Source: Actinomycetes bacterium (GTDB lineage: Bacteria; Actinomycetota; Actinomycetes; JAWWOW01). Taken from it: DNA of 64,000 nucleotides. The stretch covers positions 66,792 to 130,791 of the forward strand of contig JBJMHR010000033.1 in assembly GCA_045807285.1 (NCBI GenBank), in the 5' to 3' direction. Under the pieces are notes generated by a model. That model was not told the DNA's origin. It made no database searches and saw only the letters and a program-made list of their open reading frames with translations. Shown here in pieces: positions 1-9,711 of the stretch (the first letter of the stretch is position 1; every line of letters begins with the position of its first letter). Position numbers and translations under genes: made by a program.

Positions 1-1167
1 AGCCTCGCGATCCTGCAGGCGTCGTTCGTCCAGTCTGATCGGTCGAAGGCAATCGGCGCCTGGTCGGGTCTGGGCGGTGTCGCTACCGCCATCGGACCGT
101 TCCTCGGTGGTTGGCTCATCTCAGCGGTGTCGTGGCGGCTCGTGTTCTTCATCAACCTGCCCATCGCGGCTGTCGTTGTCGCGATCGCGGCGCGGCACGT
201 GCCGGAGTCCGCGACGCCGGAGGCCGGCGGCGTCGACGGCAGCGGTGGCGCGGTGATCACGGCCGCGCTGGTGGGTCTGACGTACGGCCTGATCGAAGGA
301 CCGACCAGGGGGTGGACGTCGCCTGCGGTGACCGTAAGCCTCGCGGCGAGTGTGCTCTTGGTGCTCGTCTTCTTGTACGTCGAAGGTCGACGGCGATCGC
401 CACTGCTCCCGCTCGCGATCTTTCAGTCGCGTCAGTTCACCGCCACGAACGCAGTCACGTTCCTTGTGTACGCCGCCCTCGGCGGCGTGCTGTTCCTGCT
501 GCCCGTCGTACTTCAGGAGGTGTCCGGATACAGCCCGCTGGTCGCCGGCTCCGCCTTGCTTCCGGTCACCGCAATCATGCTGCTGCTGTCGGCTCGGTCC
601 GGCGCGCTTGCGGCCCGCATCGGACCGCGCCTACAGCTCAGCGTCGGTCCGCTGGTCATCGCCGCCGGGTTGGTCCTCCTCGTTCGGGTCGATCGCGGTG
701 GCTACGCGGCGCACGTCCTGCCGGCAATGGCCGTGTTCGGACTGGGCCTCGCCATAACCGTCGCGCCGCTGACCTCCACCGTTCTCGCCGCCGCTCCCGA
801 GGACCATTCAGGTATTGCCTCAGCGGTCAACAACGACGTCGCGCGGACCGGGGGTCTCATCGCCGTGGCCGTGCTACCGGCGGCCGCCGGCATCACCGGT
901 GTCACGTTCGGGCATGCTGACGCGCTCGCCCATGGCTTCCACAACGCGGCAGTGATCGCTGCTGCCGCCTGCGTCGTGGCGGCTGGGCTCGCCGCCGTCG
1001 CGATCCGCAATCCCACTCGCACCGAACGACGCGCCCTGCATGCGCATGACGAGGAACGGCACTGCTCGCTCGACGCTCCGCCGCTCCGCGGCGAGCACCA
1101 CTGTCAGAGCGCGGACAACACCTCCGCCGCAGCCCGCTCGCCGGAGCGCACCGCGCCGTCCATGTAG
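1..1167 (+). CDS. MFS transporter (EmrB/QacA-like), 5' partial; 12+ TM helices continue upstream of window
   Basis: Frame 1 is open from base 1 (SLAILQASFVQSDRSKAIGAWSGLGGVATAIGPFLGGWLI...). It is hydrophobic and TM-rich with MFS-like loops. Confidence 0.75.
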   Translation, partial: SLAILQASFVQSDRSKAIGAWSGLGGVATAIGPFLGGWLISAVSWRLVFFINLPIAAVVVAIAARHVPESATPEAGGVDGSGGAVITAALVGLTYGLIEGPTRGWTSPAVTVSLAASVLLVLVFLYVEGRRRSPLLPLAIFQSRQFTATNAVTFLVYAALGGVLFLLPVVLQEVSGYSPLVAGSALLPVTAIMLLLSARSGALAARIGPRLQLSVGPLVIAAGLVLLVRVDRGGYAAHVLPAMAVFGLGLAITVAPLTSTVLAAAPEDHSGIASAVNNDVARTGGLIAVAVLPAAAGITGVTFGHADALAHGFHNAAVIAAAACVVAAGLAAVAIRNPTRTERRALHAHDEERHCSLDAPPLRGEHHCQSADNTSAAARSPERTAPSM

Positions 1168-2603
1168 CCCTGCCAGTACGTGGCCGTCTCCGTACCGGCC
1201 CAGTGGATCCGGCCGATGGGTGCACTGATCGCGGGCCCGTATTCGCTGAGCAGACCTGGACCGCCGATCGCGGTCGGACACCCCCGTGACCACAGTTCAT
1301 CCGCCCAGTTCATGACAACGGTTTCGATCGGGTTCAGCGCACGCGGGCCGAAGTACGTCGCGAAGTTGTCCAGCACTGCACTCAATAGAGCGTCGCTGCG
1401 GCCGGCGTACGCGCGCGCCTCGTCACCGCCGACGAAGCCGAGCAGCCCCCCGACCGACCCATCGGCCGTGGAGACGTCGAACGTGATGCGCGCGGGTCCT
1501 GTGTCACTGACCGCAGCGCCGGTGAGTCCTTCTTCCCGCCACCATGGCTTGTCGTAATACGCGCCGACCTTGATGAGAGCGCCTTGTGCGAAGCGCTGTG
1601 TCAACTGGTCGCGTCCCCACGGCAATGCCGGGGTGTAGTCGATGCGACCGGCGAGTGTCGGTGGCACCGCGACGATGGCCTGCTTCGCGCGCACCCGGGC
1701 GAGATCTGAATGCACGACGACACCGTTCGCGTCCTGGCTGATCGTGCGTGCGGGGCTTGCGAGTACGACGCTGTCTCCGAGCGCGGCCGCTACGCGAAGC
1801 GAGATCTCTTGGGCTCCCTCCACGAAGCGCTTCGCCTGTGCACCACCACGGGTGTTGATCAACCGCTCGAACGTGCCCGGCGCAGAGCCGTTCGTCGCGC
1901 GCGCGACATAAGCCACGGTGAACAACAACGAGAGCTCGCGAGCCTCGGCGCCGACGAGCGCCTCGAGTGCACCCTGCGCGACGCGCAAGGTTTCGTTGTT
2001 GGTCGTGTTCTCGCGCAGCCACGTGTCGAGCGTGATGCGGTCCCATTCGTCGGCGTGCGCGGACTCCCAGGGCCTGCCGACCGGCACCTGCTTCGCCATC
2101 TTGTCGAGAAGCTTCACCACAAGCGCTACGTCCGCGAGGATCGTCGGGTCCGGCGGTGCCGTGCCGAGCGGCCCGGTGTCGCGATAGGTCATCTTGCGAC
2201 CTTGCGCGTAGTAGACCTGCTTGCCATCGTCTGGCTGCGCGAACGCATGGACGCCGACGGAGGTCGCGAGCGCCGCTATCCGGTCTTGGGTCGGACCGAT
2301 CCAGGTGCCGCCGATGTCACCGACATGTCCCCCTGGGAGCGGATGGTTCAGAGTCCGGCCGCCGACGCGGTCGCGGGCTTCGAGCACGACCACGGACTTG
2401 CCGGCCCGCTGGACGTCCCGGGCGGCGGCAAGACCGGCCAACCCGGCGCCGACCACGACCACGTCGGCCTCGCGCCGGCGAGTGGACGTTGCCCGGCTCG
2501 GTCGATCGGCTGCGGTCGCGCTGCCGGCCCCGGCGGCGACGGCAACCCCTGCAGCAGCCGCGCCGCCGAACAGGCTTCTGCGAGACATCCTCATGTCGGC
2601 CAT
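1104..2603 (-). CDS. Flavin-containing amine oxidase with Tat signal peptide
   Basis: N-terminus MSRRSLFGGAAAAGVAVAAG fits a twin-arginine motif. Dinucleotide fold VVVVGAGLAGLAAARDV and VVLEARDRVGGR are typical of the monoamine oxidase family. Convergently overlaps the MFS 3' end by 64 nt. Confidence 0.75.
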   Translation of the reverse strand: MADMRMSRRSLFGGAAAAGVAVAAGAGSATAADRPSRATSTRRREADVVVVGAGLAGLAAARDVQRAGKSVVVLEARDRVGGRTLNHPLPGGHVGDIGGTWIGPTQDRIAALATSVGVHAFAQPDDGKQVYYAQGRKMTYRDTGPLGTAPPDPTILADVALVVKLLDKMAKQVPVGRPWESAHADEWDRITLDTWLRENTTNNETLRVAQGALEALVGAEARELSLLFTVAYVARATNGSAPGTFERLINTRGGAQAKRFVEGAQEISLRVAAALGDSVVLASPARTISQDANGVVVHSDLARVRAKQAIVAVPPTLAGRIDYTPALPWGRDQLTQRFAQGALIKVGAYYDKPWWREEGLTGAAVSDTGPARITFDVSTADGSVGGLLGFVGGDEARAYAGRSDALLSAVLDNFATYFGPRALNPIETVVMNWADELWSRGCPTAIGGPGLLSEYGPAISAPIGRIHWAGTETATYWQGYMDGAVRSGERAAAEVLSAL

Positions 2604-2726
2604 GAGGGGACGTTCTAGCCGACAACGGGATCTCCTGCCGAGTCAGCAACGGGGGCGCCGCGCCAGGCGTCTCGGCGTACGATCCCAATTGATCAAAGAA
2701 GACACTGAGTTCTGGGGCGGGAGTGA

Positions 2727-2954
2727 ATGGCACTCGACGTAGTCGGAAAGCTGGCTCGCGTCACCGCCGACATCACGCCAGAGCATCTCGGTGAGGTCTT
2801 GATCGAAGTGCGGGCCGGCACGGAGCGTTTCCTCGCTCGCGCTGCAGACACGCAAGCGACCATTCGCAAACACACCCAGGTTCTTGTCGTCGGCAGCCTG
2901 GGCGGACGTACCGTCGAGGTCGCGCCGACCGACAGTGTGAGGTTGCCGCGATGA
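2727..2954 (+). CDS. Short NfeD-like OB-fold protein (no TM segment)
   Basis: 75 aa with GGGAG RBS. The stop overlaps the flotillin start (ATGA). Position and size fit the C-terminal OB domain of NfeD partners of SPFH proteins. Confidence 0.45.
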   Translation: MALDVVGKLARVTADITPEHLGEVLIEVRAGTERFLARAADTQATIRKHTQVLVVGSLGGRTVEVAPTDSVRLPR

Positions 2955-4456
2955 GTGCAGTGATCGGCTTGGTGTTCGGTCTCATCCTTGGCGTCATCGT
3001 TCTCGGGGTGGTGGTCTTCCGCATCTCCTGGCGGGTCGCCGAGCCGGACGAGGCGCTGATCATCTCCGGGTTCCGGACCAGCGAACGCCCAGAAGGTGTC
3101 GGCGAGAGCATGGGCTTTCGCATCGTCACCGGCCGCGGCTGTCTCGTGGTGCCGGGGCTGACGAAGGTACGTCGACTCTCGCTCGAAGCGCACGAGAGCC
3201 AGATCTCCGTGCCGTGTGTGAGCCAGCAGAAGATCAGTCTCACCCTGGAGGGTGTCGTCGTCTACAAGGTGGGCGATGACTACCGGTCGATCGCGAACGC
3301 CGCGCGACGGTTCCTCGACCGACCCGCGCAAGAGCTCGAGACGAAAGTGCAGAACGTCTTCGTCGGTCACCTTCGCGCCATCGCCGGTTCCATGACCGTC
3401 GAGGAGATGATCAGCGACCAGGACAAGTTCGCGCAGCAGGTGCGGGACCGCTGCTCCCAAGAGATGGAGTCGTTCGGTCTCGTCATCGACAGCTTCCAGA
3501 TCCAGGCGATCAACAGCGCGTCGAACTACATCGAGAACCTTGCCGTTCCGCATCAGGCAGAGGTCGAGCAGAACGCTCGCATCGCCCGAGCCAAGGCCGA
3601 GCGCGAAGCAGTCGCGCAGGAGCAGGACGCGCAGGCCCTGATCGCCCAGTCGGTGCGAGACACGAACATCAAGAAGGCCGGCTTCCAGGCTGAGGTCGAC
3701 CAGGCAACCCAGGACGCCGCACAGCAGGGCCCGCTCGCCGAGGCGAAGGCGCACCAGGCCGTCGTCGAAGAGCAGACCCGCGTCGCCGAGTTGCAGGCAC
3801 AGCAGAAGGAGCAGCAACTGCAGGTCGACGTGCGTAAGCCCGCCGACGCGGAGGCCTACAAGCAGACCACGCTTGCCACCGCGAGTCGGGACGCGCGCAT
3901 CCGGCAAGCCGAAGCCGAAGCGCAGGAGACGAAACTGCGCGCGGATGCCGCGGCCACACAAACCAAGCTGCAGGCGGATGCGCAAGCCGAGGCGATCAAG
4001 GTCCAGGCGAGCGCTCAAGCCGACGCGACTCGCCTCACCGGCCAGGCCGAGGCCGACGCGATCAAGGCACGTGGTCTCGCCGAGGCCGAGGCGGTGCGGG
4101 CGCGGATGGAAGCCGAGGCTGCGGGCATCGAGCGGCGTGCCGCGGCCATGAGCCAGAACCAGGAAGCGGTCATCGCGCAACAGATCGCCGAGAAGCTGCC
4201 GGAGATCGTCGCGGCAGCGGCCTCGCCGTTCGAGCACGTCGGTCAGTTCACGGTGCTCAACGGTGCCCAAGGTGTGACCGGTGCGCTGGCCGAGATCATC
4301 CAGCAGGCCGGCGCATTGACCGGTCTCGCGCGCGAGTCCCTGCTCCCTGCTGTCACCGCAAGTGGCAACGGCTCACTGAAGGCTGCGCAGGGCAACGGGC
4401 AGGTGCCCGCGAAAGAGCCCAGCGCGACTGAGGACGCACGCGAAGCGACCTCATGA
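2951..4456 (+). CDS. Flotillin-like SPFH/band-7 protein (FloT/YuaG family)
   Basis: N-terminal TM hairpin (VIGLVFGLILGVIVLGVVVF), then an SPFH domain, then a long Ala/Glu/Gln-rich coiled coil with EA-repeats. 501 aa. Confidence 0.8.
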   Translation: MSAVIGLVFGLILGVIVLGVVVFRISWRVAEPDEALIISGFRTSERPEGVGESMGFRIVTGRGCLVVPGLTKVRRLSLEAHESQISVPCVSQQKISLTLEGVVVYKVGDDYRSIANAARRFLDRPAQELETKVQNVFVGHLRAIAGSMTVEEMISDQDKFAQQVRDRCSQEMESFGLVIDSFQIQAINSASNYIENLAVPHQAEVEQNARIARAKAEREAVAQEQDAQALIAQSVRDTNIKKAGFQAEVDQATQDAAQQGPLAEAKAHQAVVEEQTRVAELQAQQKEQQLQVDVRKPADAEAYKQTTLATASRDARIRQAEAEAQETKLRADAAATQTKLQADAQAEAIKVQASAQADATRLTGQAEADAIKARGLAEAEAVRARMEAEAAGIERRAAAMSQNQEAVIAQQIAEKLPEIVAAAASPFEHVGQFTVLNGAQGVTGALAEIIQQAGALTGLARESLLPAVTASGNGSLKAAQGNGQVPAKEPSATEDAREATS

Positions 4457-5661
4457 CGGACACGACCTCCGGAACGCTGAACCTCACGCCGCCTGCGGCG
4501 GTCACCGCTGTCGAGCCCGCCGAGGCGGAGAAAGAGGTCGCGATACCACCCGAGGCTGCCGAGCGCATCGATGCCGTCGTCGGTGACTTCGTCGCGACGA
4601 TCACTGGCCTCGACGTGCACGGCGACGACTACCGGCGGCGGGTCGACGACATCAACGGCATGGCCGACCGTGAGATCCGCGCGACTTCTGACGTCAGCAA
4701 CCGGCTGCTGGACCGCCCCGTGCGCGCGGTCGACGGACTCGGCGACGGCAGGGGTTCGGTCGCGCACAGCCTGCTCGATCTCCGCCGTACCGTCGAAGAC
4801 CTCAACCCCGCGCGGTACGACCTCAGTCGCGGTGGCCGGCGGAAGGTCCTTGGGCTCATTCCGTTCGGTAGCAAGATCCGGGCGTATTTCCAGCGCTACC
4901 AGAAGGCGCAGAGTCACATCCAGGGCGTCGTGGGTGCCTTGCGGGACGGAGCAGCCGAGCTCGACAAAGACAACGCCGCGATCGCACAGGAGCAGAAGGC
5001 CCTGTGGACGCAGATGGAGACGCTGCGCCAGTACGCGTACATGGCCGAACGACTCGACACCGCGCTCGAGGCGCGCATCGTTGCGATCGAAGCCGACGAC
5101 CCGGACCGCGGACGCGTGCTGCGCGAGGACGTGCTGTTCCCGGTGCGGCACCGGCGTCAGGAGATCCTCACGCAACTTGCGGTGTCCGTGCAGGGGTACG
5201 CCGCACTGCGCGTGGTGGAGATGAACAACCGCGAGCTGATCCGCGCCGTACGCACCGCGACGACCACGACTGTTGCAGCGCTACGCACCGCAGTGATGGT
5301 CGCGCAGGCATTGACGAATCAGAAGCTCGTCAGCGAGCAGGTGCGCGCCGTTCACGAAGTGACCAGCACGATGATCGAAGGCACCTCCGGCTTGCTGCGC
5401 GACCAGGCGGCGACTGTCGAGGAACAAGCAACGAGCCCCGGTGTCGACCTGCCGGCGCTGCAGCGCGCGTGGGACAACGTGTTCGCCGCACTCGACCAGA
5501 TCGACACGTACAAGCTGCGCGCGCTCGAGGCCATGAAGGTCACGGTGAACCAGCTCTCCGACCAGGTCGAGCGCTCGCACGCGCAGGTCGAGCGCCTGCA
5601 CGCAGCGGAGACCAAGCAGTCCCCGCTCGCCGCCGCTGGCTCCGGCCTACAACTTCCCTGA
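4453..5661 (+). CDS. TelA-like toxic anion resistance family protein
   Basis: 402 aa, helical and coiled. Size and composition match the TelA/YceH family. The start overlaps the flotillin stop (ATGA). Confidence 0.5.
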   Translation: MTDTTSGTLNLTPPAAVTAVEPAEAEKEVAIPPEAAERIDAVVGDFVATITGLDVHGDDYRRRVDDINGMADREIRATSDVSNRLLDRPVRAVDGLGDGRGSVAHSLLDLRRTVEDLNPARYDLSRGGRRKVLGLIPFGSKIRAYFQRYQKAQSHIQGVVGALRDGAAELDKDNAAIAQEQKALWTQMETLRQYAYMAERLDTALEARIVAIEADDPDRGRVLREDVLFPVRHRRQEILTQLAVSVQGYAALRVVEMNNRELIRAVRTATTTTVAALRTAVMVAQALTNQKLVSEQVRAVHEVTSTMIEGTSGLLRDQAATVEEQATSPGVDLPALQRAWDNVFAALDQIDTYKLRALEAMKVTVNQLSDQVERSHAQVERLHAAETKQSPLAAAGSGLQLP

Positions 5662-5718
5662 CCTGTCAGGCGGTCGGGCGGCTATAGCGCGCCGACGTTC
5701 TGACGAGTCACGTCCCGG

Positions 5719-6267
5719 TCAGTCCTCGGCCGCCTTTTGCAGCGCCGCATATCCGAACTGCAGCGCATCGGCTCCCGCGCGAACGGCAAAGGTCGCAGCC
5801 AGCCAGCGTGTGGCACGCGGTGCTGCGAGCAGCCCGGCCAGGAAGCCGGTGGCGACCCACTGGTCCAGGCAGAACGGGCACGTGATCAGCTCGCCGAGCG
5901 CCTTCTGGACGCCGCTCCCGCGCACCTCCTCCTGGACCTCTCCCGGTCCCGATGCTCCTCGGAACTTCGTGAACGGCGCGCGTACCGGGCTCGTCACCGA
6001 GTCCTTGCTGATCGTCCGGCTGACCTTGTGCGTGGCCACAGCCATCAACGCCAAATCGCCCACTGGGACGCGCTTGGGTAGCCGCACACCGCGGCTGCGG
6101 CCGAGCGCCGCCAGCCCGCCGAGCACGGCGGAGTAAGCCCCGATGACAGCGAGGTAGCCGCCGAGCGGATGGTCCTCGCGGCCGTACTGCTCTGATACCT
6201 GCTGGCCGGCGTTGCACATGTGGTCGCCGACGGTGGTTTCCGTCTGTGTACCGGATCCGTTGCTCAT
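5719..6267 (-). CDS. Hypothetical membrane-associated protein with CPFC motif (possibly DUF1360-like)
   Basis: Internal ATG at 6267 (MSNGSG...) was chosen over the upstream extension. Contains the LITCPFCLDQWVATGF motif and hydrophobic segments. Confidence 0.4.
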   Translation of the reverse strand: MSNGSGTQTETTVGDHMCNAGQQVSEQYGREDHPLGGYLAVIGAYSAVLGGLAALGRSRGVRLPKRVPVGDLALMAVATHKVSRTISKDSVTSPVRAPFTKFRGASGPGEVQEEVRGSGVQKALGELITCPFCLDQWVATGFLAGLLAAPRATRWLAATFAVRAGADALQFGYAALQKAAED

Positions 6268-6403
6268 GACTGCAGCCGTGCCCGCGGCGCGCAGGGTCCA
6301 TGCCGACATATGGCGCAAACCGACGTCGATCCGAGTCGTTAGCAGGACCTCGTCGTTGTCATGGCGAAGTCGGTGCTGTCCCTGTCCCCTCAGGAGATCT
6401 CCT

Positions 6404-8455
6404 GTGCGCGCACTTTTTGTCCGCGGCATCGCTGCCGCGAGTGTTCTTGTTCCGTCGGTGGCACTGGCCGCGGCACCGTCGACGAGCGGCGCCGGCGTGC
6501 ATGCGGCACGCGCGTCCGCGCCGGTCGTGATCACCGGTGCGCAAGTCCCGCTGTGGTCGCGGCTCCCGGCTGAAGGTGTGGCGGAGCCCTACCCGTCCGG
6601 CGCGGCCACGACCGGCGATGGACGGCGTACGGCGCACAACGGCACGTTGGTGGTCCCACCGGACAAGCGGACCGGCGTCGACGTCAACCAGATCGCGGCG
6701 TACCGCTGGACCGGCCGCGCGTGGCAAGAGGTGCCCGTCCAGGTCGACCAGCGGTTCCCGTACTTCCTCGCCAACGGCCGGTCGTCCTTCTCGACGTACT
6801 CCGGTACGGATGAGGAGCTGACCTATGCATGGGCGCCGGACGGCCACGATTTCGGCGAGGAAGCGTGGAAGAAGATCTTCGGTCAGTGCGATGCGCGCTA
6901 CGCGAACTCGACACAAGAGGTGACCGAGGCCGGATCAGCGGTTGCCGGCCTCGGCCCGCAGGAGACGGCTGCGTCGTACGAAGGACCGATGCAGGATCCG
7001 GTGCCGACACTCGATGACGACGACGAGATCGCGGTCATGGCGCGGGACGCAGGAACGCGAGCTCCGAACGGCGTCGTACCACCGGCCGGCACACGCAACG
7101 GACAAGCCGTCACGATCACGGATCCGCTCGACGGTGCCCGCACGTACGTCTACCTGTTCCTCCGTCCGGGCGGTTCGTCGTTCAGTGCCGGCAACAGCCC
7201 CTACGTGCATATGGCGCGCGACGCGAACGCTGACGAGTGGATAGACCGGAACACTTTCGCTGACAGCGACCCGGAAAAGCTCGGCGCGAGCAACACCGGC
7301 TACGGACCGAACATCCCGGGCTCGGTCTGCGACGCCAGCGGCACGGTCCGCACCTCGACGGACCGTTTTCCGCGTGACGGCGTGACCGTGACGACGCCGA
7401 CGTACACCCTGCACGCCAGCGGTCGATGGATGGTGCGTTCGCTTGCGGTGACGCGGCCTCGCTCGACGTTCACCTACGGGCCGGACCTGATCGCGCGCTG
7501 GAAGGGCCGGGCTTTCCAGCAGAGCCCGGACTCGACGATCTCGTTGGTCGGGTTCGAGGACGAACAGGTCAACTGGGAGGCGAACAGCGCCCTGCTCGGC
7601 TGGCGGGCCGGCCCGGTTCGCGCGATCCGCGAGATCTGGGGCGCTGACTCCGGCACGAACGTGACGAAGACGGAGACCTACTACCGCGACGCTGACGTCT
7701 ACGGCTACCACGTGCGCGTTCACCCGATCCCGCCGGACGGCCTGTACACGTCGTGGGACTACAACCCCGGCGCTGTGACGACGTACTACAACCCGCGACA
7801 GCTGAACGGCGTGCCGATCGACGGCATCAACGACGAGAACGTCGGCAACGTCGACCAGGTGCCGGTGTCCAACACACCGGCAGAGTTCGACAGCTGCGAC
7901 CCGACGTTCGACGCGTGCTCCGCGGTCGACCGGCCGGAGGAGGTGGCCGGGCCCAATGGTGGTCTGGTCTACGAGTTCGAGCTGACCGGCGCGACTGCGG
8001 CGGCGGGCAATGTCGCTGCGGTTCCGTACTACCGCGACGACGCTTGCCTCGACGACGGCACCGGTGATGCGCCCGTGCCGCGGCCATGGCCGGGCGAGTC
8101 GTCCACCGACTCCCGTGTCCAGCAGGGGTACGTCGACTACTGGAAGGCGCACGGTGCGCCCAGCACGCTGACCTACGCCGACTTGAAGTGCAACCCGGGC
8201 GCTGACCCGGCAACGACGCCGCCGTGGCAGCGCATGCCGTTCGAAGGCGCGATCGGGCAGCACGGGGTGCACTTCTTCGCGACCCAGGACAGCGACAACG
8301 CGTTCGGTCCGAAGTCGGTCGACGAGCTCGACGGTCAGCAGTGGCGGTTCGAGGTGCCGATGTCGACCCCGAGCAATGTTCTCGTCCGCTACGGCCTCAA
8401 CGTGAGCGCCAAGCTGGCGGCCGCCGCGGCTCCGTTCGAACCGCTGCGCAAGTAG
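6404..8455 (+). CDS. Secreted protein of unknown function (683 aa)
   Basis: GTG start 6 nt after a GGAGA RBS. Signal peptide VRALFVRGIAAASVLVPSVALAAAPS. No recognisable catalytic motifs. Confidence 0.55.
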   Translation: MRALFVRGIAAASVLVPSVALAAAPSTSGAGVHAARASAPVVITGAQVPLWSRLPAEGVAEPYPSGAATTGDGRRTAHNGTLVVPPDKRTGVDVNQIAAYRWTGRAWQEVPVQVDQRFPYFLANGRSSFSTYSGTDEELTYAWAPDGHDFGEEAWKKIFGQCDARYANSTQEVTEAGSAVAGLGPQETAASYEGPMQDPVPTLDDDDEIAVMARDAGTRAPNGVVPPAGTRNGQAVTITDPLDGARTYVYLFLRPGGSSFSAGNSPYVHMARDANADEWIDRNTFADSDPEKLGASNTGYGPNIPGSVCDASGTVRTSTDRFPRDGVTVTTPTYTLHASGRWMVRSLAVTRPRSTFTYGPDLIARWKGRAFQQSPDSTISLVGFEDEQVNWEANSALLGWRAGPVRAIREIWGADSGTNVTKTETYYRDADVYGYHVRVHPIPPDGLYTSWDYNPGAVTTYYNPRQLNGVPIDGINDENVGNVDQVPVSNTPAEFDSCDPTFDACSAVDRPEEVAGPNGGLVYEFELTGATAAAGNVAAVPYYRDDACLDDGTGDAPVPRPWPGESSTDSRVQQGYVDYWKAHGAPSTLTYADLKCNPGADPATTPPWQRMPFEGAIGQHGVHFFATQDSDNAFGPKSVDELDGQQWRFEVPMSTPSNVLVRYGLNVSAKLAAAAAPFEPLRK

Positions 8456-8464
8456 CGCTACCGG

Positions 8465-8842
8465 TCAGCCGGTAGCGGCTTCCGCGGTCTCCGACGTCCA
8501 GCACCGGACGATGTCGCGTACCGACAACATGCCGACGACCTCGTCGCCATCCATGACGACGAGGTGACGGAAGCCGCCGCGGATCATCGCCTGCGCTGCC
8601 TGCTCGAGTGTCCAGTCGGGCGTGGCGAAGACGAGGTCGCTGGTCAGGTGGTCGCCGGCGGCTTCGCGGTCGGGATCCAGGCCCTTGCCGAGGGCGTTCA
8701 GGACGTCCCGTTCGGTCAAGATGCCGACGCCGGAGGTGTCCGGATCGATGACGACGGCGGCACCGACCTTGCGGTCCGCCATCACCCGGGCGGCCTCGCG
8801 CAATGTGTGGGCCGGGCCGATGGTCAGCACCAGCGTGCTCAT
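8465..8842 (-). CDS. CBS-pair domain protein
   Basis: MSTLVLTIGPAHTLREAARVMADRKVGAAVVIDPD...GILTERDVLNAL...VVGMLSVRDIV shows two CBS motifs. Internal start used (M87 of the track ORF). Confidence 0.65.
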   Translation of the reverse strand: MSTLVLTIGPAHTLREAARVMADRKVGAAVVIDPDTSGVGILTERDVLNALGKGLDPDREAAGDHLTSDLVFATPDWTLEQAAQAMIRGGFRHLVVMDGDEVVGMLSVRDIVRCWTSETAEAATG

Positions 8843-8934
8843 TCCGTCACGCACCTGCACGAGGAAGAGCGTCCCATGCGAGATAGGCGGCCGTCGACCG
8901 TCTAGCACTAGCCGATGCCTGCGAAGATGGGCCG

Positions 8935-9711
8935 GTGAGCGCAGAGGCCGGTGTTCTGGCGTCGGCGACGCCGGCTTCCCGCCGAGTTTCCGGCCTGCTC
9001 GTTGCCTCCCGCGCGGACCTCGCGCTGGCGCTGACCGTCGTCGCCTGGGTAGGGGTCGTCCTGCCGCTCGACAACGCCGGCTCGGCACGCGAGCTGGCAC
9101 TCGGTGGCGTGACGTGGGCGTTGCTGCTCACGTTGTTGCGGCGCGAGTCGGCAACCACGCGCGCTCAGGTCGCGGTCGTCGTCGCCTTCGCCACGCTGAT
9201 CGAGTACACGTTCTCCGCCCTTCTCGGTGTGTACGTCTACCGCTTGCACCAGGTGCCCGCCTACGTCCCGCCCGGGCACGGCCTGGTCTATCTCGCCGCG
9301 CTCGCCATCGGCCGATCCGCCGTCGTGACGGCGTACCGCCGCGAGCTCCTGACCGCCACGCTGGTCATTGCCGGCGGCTACGCGACCTGGGGTCTGCTGG
9401 TGTCCGGTCGGCCTGACCTGCTGGGTTTCCTGTGGTTCTGCTGCTTGGTGGTCTGGGTACGCCGGGCCCGCGTGCCCATGGTCTTCGTCGGGGCGTTCCT
9501 GGTCGTGACGTACCTCGAACTGCTCGGCACAGCGCTCGGCACGTGGACATGGAGCCTGCACGATCCGACCGGTCTCGTCGCGATCGGCAACCCGCCGAGT
9601 GGTGCGGCCGGTGGCTACGGCTTCTTCGACGCTGCCGCGCTCGCGTTCGCCCCGCGCATCGTCCGGGGGCTAAGCCGGCGGACGCACAAAGGCAAGAGCG
9701 GTGTCGTGTAA
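8935..9711 (+). CDS. Hypothetical integral membrane protein
   Basis: GTG start. Six or more hydrophobic helices. No known motif. Confidence 0.45.
   Translation: MSAEAGVLASATPASRRVSGLLVASRADLALALTVVAWVGVVLPLDNAGSARELALGGVTWALLLTLLRRESATTRAQVAVVVAFATLIEYTFSALLGVYVYRLHQVPAYVPPGHGLVYLAALAIGRSAVVTAYRRELLTATLVIAGGYATWGLLVSGRPDLLGFLWFCCLVVWVRRARVPMVFVGAFLVVTYLELLGTALGTWTWSLHDPTGLVAIGNPPSGAAGGYGFFDAAALAFAPRIVRGLSRRTHKGKSGVV

Noticed and set aside
111-920. 269-aa Arg-rich ORF in an alternative frame of the MFS transporter
   Set aside because: The composition is non-protein-like. The overlapping frame that encodes the MFS transporter is clearly the real one.
1104-1167. 64-nt convergent overlap of MFS and amine oxidase 3' ends as a regulatory feature
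   Set aside because: It is most likely just a late stop in the non-conserved MFS C-terminal tail. There is no independent evidence of function.
2693-4270. 525-aa minus-strand ORF (and similar long antisense or alternative-frame ORFs, e.g. 6935-8272, 39338-40801, 25897-26757)
   Set aside because: These are shadow ORFs typical of high-GC DNA. They are Arg/Pro/Gly-rich and low-complexity, and they overlap well-supported genes on the other strand.
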